Assembly: GCA_050084515.1 (NCBI GenBank)
Contig: CM114271.1
Coordinates: 47,058,001-47,122,000 of the forward strand
From: Blasia pusilla
Lineage: Eukaryota
Direction: 5' to 3'
DNA: 64,000 nt
Positions 27,701-38,810 of this stretch are shown here, piece by piece. Under the pieces are notes generated by a model that had not been told where the DNA came from, ran no database searches, and saw only the letters and a list, made by a program, of their open reading frames with translations. A program made the translations under genes and the position numbers. The stretch's first letter is position 1; every line of letters begins with the position of its first letter.

Positions 27701-30545
27701 GGACCTCCCACGCGGAAAAGAAAATGAACCCGTTCCTTTTCCTTTGGATTAGAGTTGGTACCATTGAAATCTTTCAACTTAACATTTATTCCACTTTTGA
27801 AAAGGCATTTTTCTCTTCCCCATCTCCCCCCCCCCCACGAAATGAAAAGTTCACCCCAAATCTCGCCATGGATTTCCATAGTGTGAAGAGGAGGTCGATC
27901 GTTCTCCATTCTCCTCGTTGCATGCATGCATTGAGGCCTATGAGATCCCAACCACTCCCCCCCATTGGATTGGAGAGAGTTCAATCACCTTCATTCATCA
28001 CTACCCATGCACCACCTTTTGGGCTTGTCACTCCATCTCTCACGAACACCAAATCCTATCACTCCATCGCTCCCCTCGAGTGACATGAATGTACATTTAT
28101 TAGTCCCATAGCTATGGAAGTGCAAGTTTGCTCGTCGTCAGCTTGACTCGAGGCACATGGGATTTGTGGAGGGTTTCAAGTGCTTCAAGGAATTCATCCG
28201 CAAAGAGGAAAGGAGTGGATAGAGCCATGGGGAAATACTACGATGGAAAGTAGTCCTTATATTGGGGTGGGATACTTTTAGTGCAACTTTTGGAGCTATG
28301 GAGTGTAAATGTTTGCGTGAATCTTGGACGACGTTGCTTGCTGGGAAGGGGGTCCAATTCATGACTTGATTCCCATATGAATAAAACTGCAAAAAAAGAC
28401 GAAAAAGGAAAAAGAAGAAGGGGGAGAAAAGAAGAAAGAGGTCGTAGTGGAGATGCATGAGGAAGCCACAAAAATGACATTCGGACACGAGGGTGTAGCT
28501 GGAGAACCAACCACGGGGATTGAGAAGAGATTAGAATTAATCAACCTAGTCCATGTTTATCATAATCTTCTTAGTGAACGAGAAAGAGAAAAGAGAATGG
28601 ATCTTCATTTTCTTTTTATCCTTCGTCCAAGCTCTCTCAAAATCCATCCGACGAAACCCTAATGTTAAATTGAATTGATTGAAAGAAAAATGCATAAAAC
28701 CATAGGGGAAATGAAAAACATTCCTAAGCTCCAACAAACCTCTCTACATATGACGATGATGATCATATGATGTGTTGGAAATGGGCCGACCGTAATTATT
28801 TTTTAATATTGGTATAATACGCTAAAAACGAGGGAATAAATAGCGGAAATAGGAATGTCCAAAATAGTCCAAAATGGACCGACCGCATTTTCGCCGCAAG
28901 AAGGTAAATTTGTGGTTATGATGATGAGCGGCATCTCGCAAAGTCGGGTTTTTCCCGTCTTGACTCTTGACTGAGCAAAATCGTCCCCTTTGAGGTAGGG
29001 GTCGTAGGTTGTCACGGTCAGAGACCGTCAGACCGTCCGCTTTGGGACGATTTTGGCTGCCGGTCATCAAGCGAGCGAGGCTCTGCTAAATGTGCTCTAA
29101 ATGGTGTCCCCTAAATGGTCCGGTCAACGACCACTGTAACTGCGACTTACAGCATTCGGGCTGCAGTCGCGGATAAATTAGGAGACAGCTAAATTAGCTC
29201 CCGGTCTGGGGAACCCGATAGAGCCGTTGCGATCTCTGTCTTCTGACTGTCTCCTCTCCGATGACCGTCGCATTATGACCGGTGTTCCCGGTCTCGGTCG
29301 TGTTCCCCACTTTTCTTCACTTAACTCCAATCGGGAAAGATTTCAGAGATTTGGATTTTTTAATAATTATTAATTTTAACATAAAGTCATGCAACTTATT
29401 CTAATCTAATATAAAAGGTCAGAAAAGTTTTGCCCTCTTAGGTTTAAGTCTTTTTTCACTTCTAGAATCATGTTCATGTGTTATCTTTTTTTTCCATTTG
29501 TTCACTCTAGTAATTGCTCATGCATATCCTATATTTTAAAACTTCTAAATCATTCAAAATATAAGAAAAAGCTCCCAAAGCAAACCACATACCCACACAT
29601 CCATTGTTACGAATCCTTACCCTAAGAGAGTCTCCACAAATTAATTTGGTTCTTCAAAAGTAGGAGAAATCATATGAAATTAGAGGGATCTTCCAAATGC
29701 CAAACCTAATATTAGTATTAGTACTACTTCATTGCCTGTGCTCATACACCGAGTTGGATTTGAAATCCTTTCATTCTCTGGCCTTTCTTTCTCTTAGAAG
29801 GCTTCATTTCTTGTAACAAGTGTGACTTCCAACTCCTCTCCCTTCTTATCTTAGGAGTCCAAAATCTCAACAAAATACGAGCTCCAAGGTTTGCGAAAAT
29901 TATGTTCATTTCCATGCCAATTTTTTTAAAAGCACAGAAGTTCTCACAACATGGGGGTTATGAATATGAGGTGCCCCATGGGAGACGCCCCTTACATAGT
30001 ATAGATGGAAGGAGATTGAATGAATATAACCTACTGTCTTGCGTGTTGAGAGCACTTTACACACTTCCTTCCATCTTTGCATATTGATTGGTGTCTAGAT
30101 CAGGCTTTGTATGCGAGCTCATTTTACCATATCCATTTTGCTCTCTCGATTTGGATTTTCCTATATTATTTAGAGTGCTCCAACGAGGGTCTCAATTTTT
30201 GTCCCAATTTTTGAGAGAGAGAGGGCAACTACCCCATCTTGTGTAGTGCTCTAAGATAGATTTAGGGGAGTGAATTTTGCATCCTTCTTTACAAAAATCA
30301 TCCCACATAAATTCAATGAAGGAAAAATGTGCAACAAGGCAAGATGATTTGTCTCAAGTCATATGCAATGTTTAAAAATTATCTCAACACAAAGGTTTCT
30401 CATGACACACACCTAGTATGGTCCCAATTTGGTAAAGATTCCCAAAAAGAAGTGAAGATCATAAATCCCCTACATACATCCAAAGGGTGAAATGACAGGG
30501 AGGGAGGATACTTGGTTGGGGCATTAAATTGAGAGAGAGAGAGAG

Positions 30546-30990
30546 AATAGGCCTCCTAGATGCATCCATGGGGATAAATGCTAGGGATAGAGAAAACTTG
30601 GGTCGAGAATTAAATTAGAAGCACAAGGAAGGAGAGAGAGGACTACTGGATGCATCCGTGGGGTTAAATGCTAGTGATGGAGAAAACTTGGGTCAAGAAT
30701 TAAATTAGAAGCAAGGAGAGAGATAGAGAACATAGACCCCTTCCTAGATGCGTCCATGGGGTTAAATGCTGGCGAAGGAGAAAGCTGGGGTCAAGAAATA
30801 AATTGGAAGCAAGGAGAGCATAGGCCTACTAGATGCATCCATGGGGTTAAATGCTGGGGAGGGAGAAAACTTGGGTCGAGAATTAAATTGGAAGCAAGGG
30901 GAGAGACAGCATAGGCCTACTAGATGCATCCATGGGGTTAAATGCTAGCTAGGTAGGGACGAAGTTGGAATTAAATTGGGAGCAAGGAAG
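30546..30990. repeat. Tandem repeat, 5 copies of ~90 bp
   Basis: TGCATCCATGGGGTTAAATGCT..GGAGAAAACTTGGGTC.AGAATTAAATT.GAAGCAAGG units anchored at 30561, 30651, 30749, 30834 and 30925. Confidence 0.92.
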
Positions 30991-32539
30991 ATGAGAGAGA
31001 GAGGTTTAGGATTTAGGAGATGCGATTCTTGGAGGAGGATCCAGAATTATGTGAGAGGGGGTTGAGGGTTCCTTGTAGTCATAATTGATTGATTAATTGG
31101 AGCATAACAACTATGCACCCCCATAACGACAACAAGAAACGAGCAAAGAAAGAAAAGGAAAGAGGGACATAAACTCTCATTATGAGTGCCACTCTCGACG
31201 ATTGAATCCTATGCGTTTTGGGTGGGGAGCATCGCCTCATTATTGCCCACCCCCAAAAGCCTCACTTGATTTGACCCCATTGGATACTTTTTCTCCTTTG
31301 CTTCATTTTTTAGGCCCATTAAATTCCGTTCAATTCCTCAGAGGAAGTCCTTTTTCCTCTCCACTTCTCTCTCAAAAGTTACTTCTCAAGAAGGACGAAA
31401 GTGGAGGTCTAGACTCTAGAAATCCCCCCCTCTCCACGTGACATTCTTATTGTACGAAAAAAGAAGAAGAAGAAGAAAAAAGAGAGAGATACCTACTTTT
31501 GCATTTATAAATCTGCATTTATTTATAAAGGGGTTTCGTTTCGTTTCGTGCAAAGGGATCGCCAAAGTCGCGGAAATTAGCGCGTCCCCCGCCGACGGCG
31601 GCGCGCGTCTCGGGCGCAGTCGCGACGCGCGTCAGCGCCAGGCGGACGCACCCGGCCACGGCTCCCTGTCGTCGCGACCGACTGGCGCGACGGCTTCGTT
31701 CCTCTTCGCGACCGAAGATGATGGGTTCCCCATCCTTTTTTCTATATATATATATTTTTTATTTTTACTTCGCGACCGCAGACTCCAGACTCCAGAGCTG
31801 TTGCTTGCGCGGGGTGGGAATTCTGGGGAACTTCGTACTGTAGGGTCCGTAGGGAGTTACGGCGGGATGCCGGGTGGATCTACGATTCTACTCGGATCCT
31901 ACTAACCTCAGATTTGCTGGTAATCATGCCGTTTAGGAGCCTGATTGGGTGTGAGTGTCGGTATCATTAGTAGTCGCCCCTTGGCGCTCCGTTACAGTAC
32001 GTTCTTTCTTGCGATCTCTGTCACTCTGCGAGCGGATGTAATAATGGACGGAAGTTTCTCCGGAGTGAATTGGAAATTATTGAAACAAAAGGGTGCTCTC
32101 ATCATCATCATAGATAATCATAATAATTTAGCAGGAGATTAAGGAGATAGTGCCTTCTCATAAGTGGCGTGATTCTCGATTGTGTTTAGGGAAGTAATAA
32201 TAGAGATTCATAACTAATCAAGAAAATCTCCCTCACTCGGTGCTTGTATTATCAAATACACGTACGAATGATTGTATCCATATCCCTAAACTAAATTAGA
32301 AAAGGTAGAAAAGATGTATGCATTAGGGCGTCCCACTACAACAAACCTCTCCTTACGGCATTTAGCCATGAGGATCCCTTAATTTCATTTAAGGAAGAAA
32401 CTCATTTTCGTGATGAATAAAAGCTATATTTATGGTGAGACCAATGATAGAAGTTTGTCAATAGAGTTGAAAAAAGGGATGCACTTTAGGGTTTAGAGTA
32501 AGGATCGAAATCTAAATACTAATCTGGGAAGTTACTAAT

Positions 32540-33010
32540 GCCTAATCATCCTTGGGTTAGGTCTAGGAGGGTAAGAATCTAGTTAAGCATGAAGGAATAA
32601 TTGGGCGAAATTCAGGTCACATGACCATACTCAAACTCACTACCACCTGATCAATGGAGGGAGAATTTGTTCATTGAGCTATAGCCTCATGCACATTAAC
32701 TAGGGGGACACAAAGGTTTTACTCTCTTCCAAGGAGGATCCCAAAGAGGGGTGACCAATGAACGGGGAGATCCGGGGTTACGAGTAATCGTAGCCGGCTA
32801 AAATAAAAAAATTCCGATTTAATCCAAACTCGTCGGAAAAAAACTGGCAGGTTTAGGGGGGGTTTCTTTGTAAACGTATCTGAAAAGCCAGTTAGAAATC
32901 TAAATTTACCGGTCCGGGCTCTGGAACACCGGTTCTAGTGAAAAAACTCCCCGGACTATGGGGGTGACTCGACCTCGGGTTAGAAAACCCAATGATGAAT
33001 AGGTGCAAGG
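32540..33010. mobile_element. MITE-like element, TIR family copy 2, with extra internal sequence
   Basis: Left end GCCTAATCATCCTTGGGTTAG, right end GGGTTAGAAAACCCAATGATGAATAGGTGC. About 200 bp longer than the sister copies. Confidence 0.6.
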
Positions 33011-34695
33011 AAAAAGTTGAATATACATAGATGTGCATGGTCCAAGAATTTTCTCACTAAATTAATGATTAAAATTGACATGCTAATCTCAAAAGTTGAA
33101 TGTACATACTTAATGGCATGGTCCTAGAAGTTGAATGAACAAACCTAAATCTCGGTCCTTTGTACTCTTGTCACATGAGATCTCCAATGTAAGACCTCCA
33201 CATTGGAAGTGAGTCAGGATATCTCTAGTCCATGGGCTATCACAAGCATAAACTTGGATAAGTCTTTAGTTACAAGAAAACCGCTTGGTCATGAAGTTTA
33301 GCGAGTTTCGTTTTAGCAAGGTTAAAGTGTGATCAAATCAAGCAAAGGATGTGCACCTCATAAACCACTTTAGTGTCCACTCTCAATGCTCATAATCTCA
33401 TGTGGGTATTTTCATGGTAGGGACCATGTGGCAACGATGTTGCTTGCATGGTTTTACTTGAGTCCATGGGGAAAAGATGAAGAGGATCGTAGACGGTTTT
33501 TTAAGTTATTTTCCACATGGGCCCAAGTAACAAAGAATTTCTCAATAACCAAGTCGCGACAAGAATAGAAACAATTTTATAAATCAAACTATTTGATTCT
33601 TTTTCCCAAACACGGTCGAAAATAGAAATGAAATAAAAAGCTCATTCCTCAAAGAAACGAAATTTTAAAAAAAAAAAACAATAAAGGACTCGTGTTCACG
33701 TGAATTTCCCTTCCTCCTAAACGGTCGAAAATTCTTGATTAATTGGACGGGATTAAGAAACACATGAGTTTCTTAATCGGTGTTAATCAGTAAGAGGAGA
33801 TTAACACAAAATTAAGGAACGGCGTTAGGATGAAAACATTCCCTGGCCTAACGCGTTGAGAGTAGTAAGAAAGTATCTCACGTATTAATGACCATAAATA
33901 TTTATGATTGGAATTGAATATGCCATAAAGAAAATAATTTTCTCCACGTCATTCTTTGTTGGTGCATTTTCATAGTTGTTAAAAACTTTTGCAATCTTAA
34001 TAAATTATTAATGAGATATCGGTAATATTAGAGATGAGTCAGCCAAGAAAAAGCGGCTTACGTCCGTCTTTCCGTAATTCTTGCACTAATCAATACATTA
34101 CGGTAATGCTCCCACTCCAGCGTGATTATTAGTCAAATCTTCCTATTAAAATTCCACCAATAAATATTTAATATTATTACCTGTTCATTATTCCCATTTC
34201 GTACTCACTGCGACTGCTTGGACTACGGGCCACGGCCGGTCGCCGGTGGTATATTCATTATAATCTCCTTACGTAATTATGATAAGTCAAAATGCAAATA
34301 AATACCATGAAATACATAAATATTAATGCCCATTATTTTCTATTTTTGTATATATTTTTTGTTTGGAACTGAGCAATGCATTATGGAGTAAGTTTATCCG
34401 TTTTCCCAATGTGGACGCTTCCGAGTTCTTCAATTAGTTATTTATTAATTACCTCCCATCGTGGCTGGAATTTATACTTCGAATATGTGTATTAATCACG
34501 TCTCACTAATCACGTGATTCCGTCCATCATTAAATGAGTCTTTTCGGCTTTCGTTTCCTTAGGGAACCTCCCATGGTTTGTTTCAATTTTCGTTTAAATC
34601 TAAAGGCTTCTCGTTCAATTCTATTTTTCATTGGAGTTGCCTTCCACCTCATTCCAGTTTTGAAGTCATCCTTAGGAACTTAAAACTAAAATGTG

Positions 34696-35262
34696 TTAAT
34701 AAGGTGCCATAGCATGCATGGGAAATAAAAAAGTGTATGATGAGTTAGCATATAGTCCGTGAAGGAAAGAGATTAATGATGTTACATATAAATTCATTTT
34801 TTTTTCTTACCCGTAACATGTGAAACATTTTTCGCTACCCAATTGCCAAGTGCGATGCAAAGGAAATAAAAAAGTAGTTGAAGAGCTAGTGCATAGCCTG
34901 TGAAAGGAAGAGATTAATGATGCTCTACATAAATTGACTTTTTTCTGGCTGCCCATAGCATGTGAAACATTTTCTTGCTGCCCAATTGCCACGTGTCAAG
35001 CAGAGAGGTGTTTGCTAATCAAGAATGCACTCTCGAATAATAATATAGATGAGGTGCCCATACGATGCAAGGGAAATAAAAAAGTGTTTGAAGAGCTAGT
35101 GTATAGCCCGTGAAGGAAAGAGATTAATGATGCTCTACATAAATTCAAATTTATATTTTCGCTGCCCGTACCATGTGAAACATTTTTTTGTTTCCTAGTT
35201 ACCACATGTCAAGCAGAAAGGTGTTTGCAAATCAAGAAGGCACTCTCCCATAATAATATAGA
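34696..35262 (-). mobile_element. Head-to-tail array of mini-Helitron units (~210-bp period)
   Basis: Minus-strand TCTATATTATTA heads at 35262 and 35049; CTAG at 35096-99 and 34886-89; a third, 5'-truncated unit at ~34745-34851; a ~46-bp spacer repeated (in full or part) after each unit. Confidence 0.85.
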
Positions 35263-36950
35263 TTTATATATGATCTCCCTTAACTTGTTAAAGTTAAGAG
35301 AGACTTTGGTGATGCTTCATCTTACCCTATAGAGTTTAGAAACTTGGAGTTTGTGGACACAAAGTGGTGGTTTGTGCATGCTTGCTTGTTGTTTGTTTCG
35401 TCGTCTCAAAAATTAAGAATCCTAAATATTTACTTTAGAAGATGATATCATGTTCTCGTAATATATAGAATGCAAGATAACAATGTCTTGTATAAAAAAA
35501 TTGGTGTGTCAAGGGGACCAGACTCCAAGATTTTTTATCTAAGGGTCTCAAAATTTACATGGGAACAAAATTTGCAACTTTATGCACTTTTCTCATTATC
35601 CATGATTGAGAGGGATAGAAGTTGGAGTTCCTTTGTGTCTCTTTGTGATTTTTCAAAGTATTTTTCTTCTCACTGTTTTTTAGTGAAACTTTGTGTAGAA
35701 GATATTAAGTTGTTGAGATATGGGCTTGTTCATGACTCTACACATTGATGTTTTCAAGTTCCTCTTATTATGTTGGGTTTTCATCTCTTGTTTTTCTTTC
35801 CTAATGCGTCAATATCATAAAATACATTTTATGAAATCCGCAATGAAAGTTCATCAACGAGCTATCCTATGGTTGGCATATGTGTTTTCAAAAGTCCTCC
35901 ATTTGGTGATTCTTCTTTCTTGCAAATCATCTTAATTCTACTTCCCAAGTCTATGGCAAAGTAACCCCCTTACCTCATTTTCTCCCATGTGTGCACCCTT
36001 CATAGGATCATAGCAATTTACCATAGATTATTGCGTTCAGATGTCATATTGTTATGCTCTGGTTTTCAAAGTGATTCCTATTCTCATTTCTTTTTGTTCT
36101 TCTAACATTTTTCCATCACACATTATTACTTAATTTCCTCTTATTATAAAAATTTCATGATTTAGAAAATTTATCCATCTTATATGTATCTTCCTTTCAT
36201 ACTTTTGATACAAATGTGTTCAACCTTTATAACAAATTTTCAAAGTTGCTTGGAAAAGAATGTAAGATCGAAATGCACCATATCCAAGTGTTGAAACGTA
36301 GTGCAGCAAGGGGCCCCAAAATGCCCATAGTAAACTCTAGATTGAATCTTATGTACCTTACTATCAAATTTGTATAACAATATACTGAAGTACTTGACAG
36401 TCTGGTAGACACTAAAATCTGCTTAGTCTCTATTTCTGCCCCGCGGCACGATACGTTGACTAACAAGCTGGGCCCTGTGGCTGTTTCACACCACTTTGGT
36501 TACCATTACCATGTTGCCTTGAAGAATTAATAGGCTTGCCACTTTACGGCTACCAAGAAGAGAAACTCTATCCAAATGAGTTTGAAGTTAAGATTGGGTG
36601 CAATATTAGAAAGATAAAATCATATATAGCAAGGATAACATATGCCATAGTTGGGCTTGCTAATGGAGAAATACCTCAGGTAAGTTACTGAATGTAATAT
36701 TTTGGGTATCATAAAATAGTACATTTCTCCTTTCAAAGGAAATCTAAAATATACATGAAAATTTTAACTTATCCAAATTCTACTAACATTTGACTTGTAG
36801 GTGGTTAGTTTCATTCCTTCACAACACCTTATCCCTTCAACTAATGTGAACTGGATGGTTAAAACAAAAATTTGACTTAATTTGGCCCCAAGATAAAGTG
36901 TAACTAAACTATCCTACGATTGTTCCCAAAAAGTCATACCATCATGAGTC

Positions 36951-37072
36951 GTCATGATTCCTAAATTCCTCGTTAATATTGAGCATTGGTAGAAAGAACA
37001 ATAAGAAATCCAGAGCAAATATTGTTCTTTCTACCCAGGCTCAATATCAACGAGGAATTTAGGAATCATGAC
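36951..37072. repeat. Foldback inverted repeat: 53-bp arms, 16-nt loop, 3 mismatches
   Basis: Arm 1 (36951-37003) GTCATGATTCCTAAATTCCTCGTTAATATTGAGCATTGGTAGAAAGAACAATA matches the reverse complement of 37020-37072. Confidence 0.95.
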
Positions 37073-37329
37073 ATATTCTTCGTATCTTCACTTTCCCTTA
37101 CTCGACTTAGGACCTTGGCCAATGTTTCATGTGTCTCATAGCTAATACTCATCATGGCTTATATTGTTTGGTGTCTCATGGTTGGTCTTGCCACTCATTG
37201 TGTTTCATGACTAGTCTCTAGATGTTTCTACCCATCTTCACTTTTATAAAATCCCAAACTACTTGTCTTCAAATAGAAATTTGAATTAAGGTTCTTTCAC
37301 CTCTTTCCTCATCCTATTCTCTTGCAAGA

Positions 37330-38050
37330 GGCTTTGCCCCTTATCACTTGAGACTAGTCTTAAGGTGTATGCCCATCTTGACTTACTATCCTTCCTAGTA
37401 TTGTGAGGAGCTAGTCTAGGTCTTGCTTTGGGTTTCTCACCAAAATTGATCCTTCTCGGATCTATGATCACAAATCACTTTCCGAATCCATGCTAGCTTG
37501 AGCACCTTAGATGTAGCTATTCTCAAAGCTCTCATGCTTAGTTGGGATGATGTTCTCGTCGATCGTCAACTTGAGTTGCCGCTGCCCCCCTTCCTCCATA
37601 GGTACAAAAAAAGCTAATCCTAAGGTTGAATTTACCAACACCTTGGGTTTTGCCCACGTCTAAACATTGGAATCCCAAGCCTACACCAACTACTCTAACC
37701 CGACACGTTGGGTTTTTCTAATTACATGTCATTAGACTCAATGATCGCTAACAAACTATGTCAAGCTTAACCAAGTAATACCATAAATGCAACAACATAT
37801 ACAAGTAATGCAACATTCACAAGTAATATACATCCCATTGAAAACATTCAAAACTCATTCCTCATGCAATAACCCGACGAGCACCTTCCCTTATCATTCC
37901 CTAGACTGTCTCAAGGCATAGGGCTTATCTTGATCCCTATTCTTCCTTGGTCTTGCGACAACGTACTCTAGGTTTCATTTTGGTGAGTCTCACCAAAGTT
38001 GATACTCTTTGGACTTATGATTATGACTTGCTTTCCGAGTTCTCCCTAAC
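37330..38050. repeat. Two diverged direct copies of a ~160-bp sequence
   Basis: CCCTTATCA..AGACT..TC.AAGG..ATCTTGA..TCTAGGT..TCTCACCAAA.TTGAT..GGA..TATGAT..CTTTCCGA at ~37335-37490 and ~37885-38040. Confidence 0.65.
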
Positions 38051-38530
38051 GTTAATTATTTATTAGAAAAGGAAATTGGGGGGTTGATTAAATTGAAAAT
38101 AAATCTAGCTTTATGAAAGAATGATGAGGCATATTCTATTTTCTTTTTTCAAAAAACATGTAATTAAATTATGAAAGATTTCCATGGATTTTTTTTCAAA
38201 ATAATCGAGATTTTTATTACCTCAAAAAAGTTAATATGTGTTAACTAGATGCGAGTGTTTTGCTTTAATATTCTAACTAATTTAATTAAAAATATATACT
38301 ATTTCTATCCTACATTCTCTCGATTTTCTTTTCTTGTAGATTTCTGCATATACATTATTAAAATAATACTATTTTAAGAGAAAAGATGCATTTTCTTCTG
38401 TATTGATTCTCTCTATCCTCGTCGATTTAAACTCTTAACGATCAAGTGAAAATCCTCATCTCCTCACTTGTCCCATATTTTTATACTTTGAAATATTTAA
38501 TGTAATTTTTTTATAAATAGGATGGATTTA

Positions 38531-38810
38531 CACCCCCGCGTCTATTCATCCTCGGGTTTTCTAACTCGAGGTTGAATAAGTTAACCTTAACCCCTCTCTA
38601 GGATTCTCCTTTGAAACAAGAATAAAACTTTTATGTTCTCTTTGTTAACGTGGAAGAGACTGTAGCACAATTGGCAACTCTTCCTCTTGCAAAACAGTTG
38701 GTCAAGTGTTCGAATCTAGCTCAAATACTCAATTTTGTCTAAGTGCCATTCCTTGCTTAACCCGACTGTCAGCCCCCATGATCTAACCCAAGGATGAATA
38801 GGCCTCAGGA
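38531..38810. mobile_element. MITE-like element, TIR family copy 3 (opposite orientation to copies 1 and 2)
   Basis: TA|CACCCCCGCGTCTATTCATCCTCGGGTT ... AACCCAAGGATGAATAGGCCTCAGG. Confidence 0.65.

Noticed and set aside
26765..28665. AAACCCTAA words as interstitial telomere or CRE target
   Set aside because: Isolated single units within a minisatellite, not tandem telomeric arrays, and not at the CRE boundaries.
36975..37050. miR171-like words (ATTGAGC / CAATATC) in the foldback
   Set aside because: Only short partial matches; no ~21-nt miR171 sequence is present.
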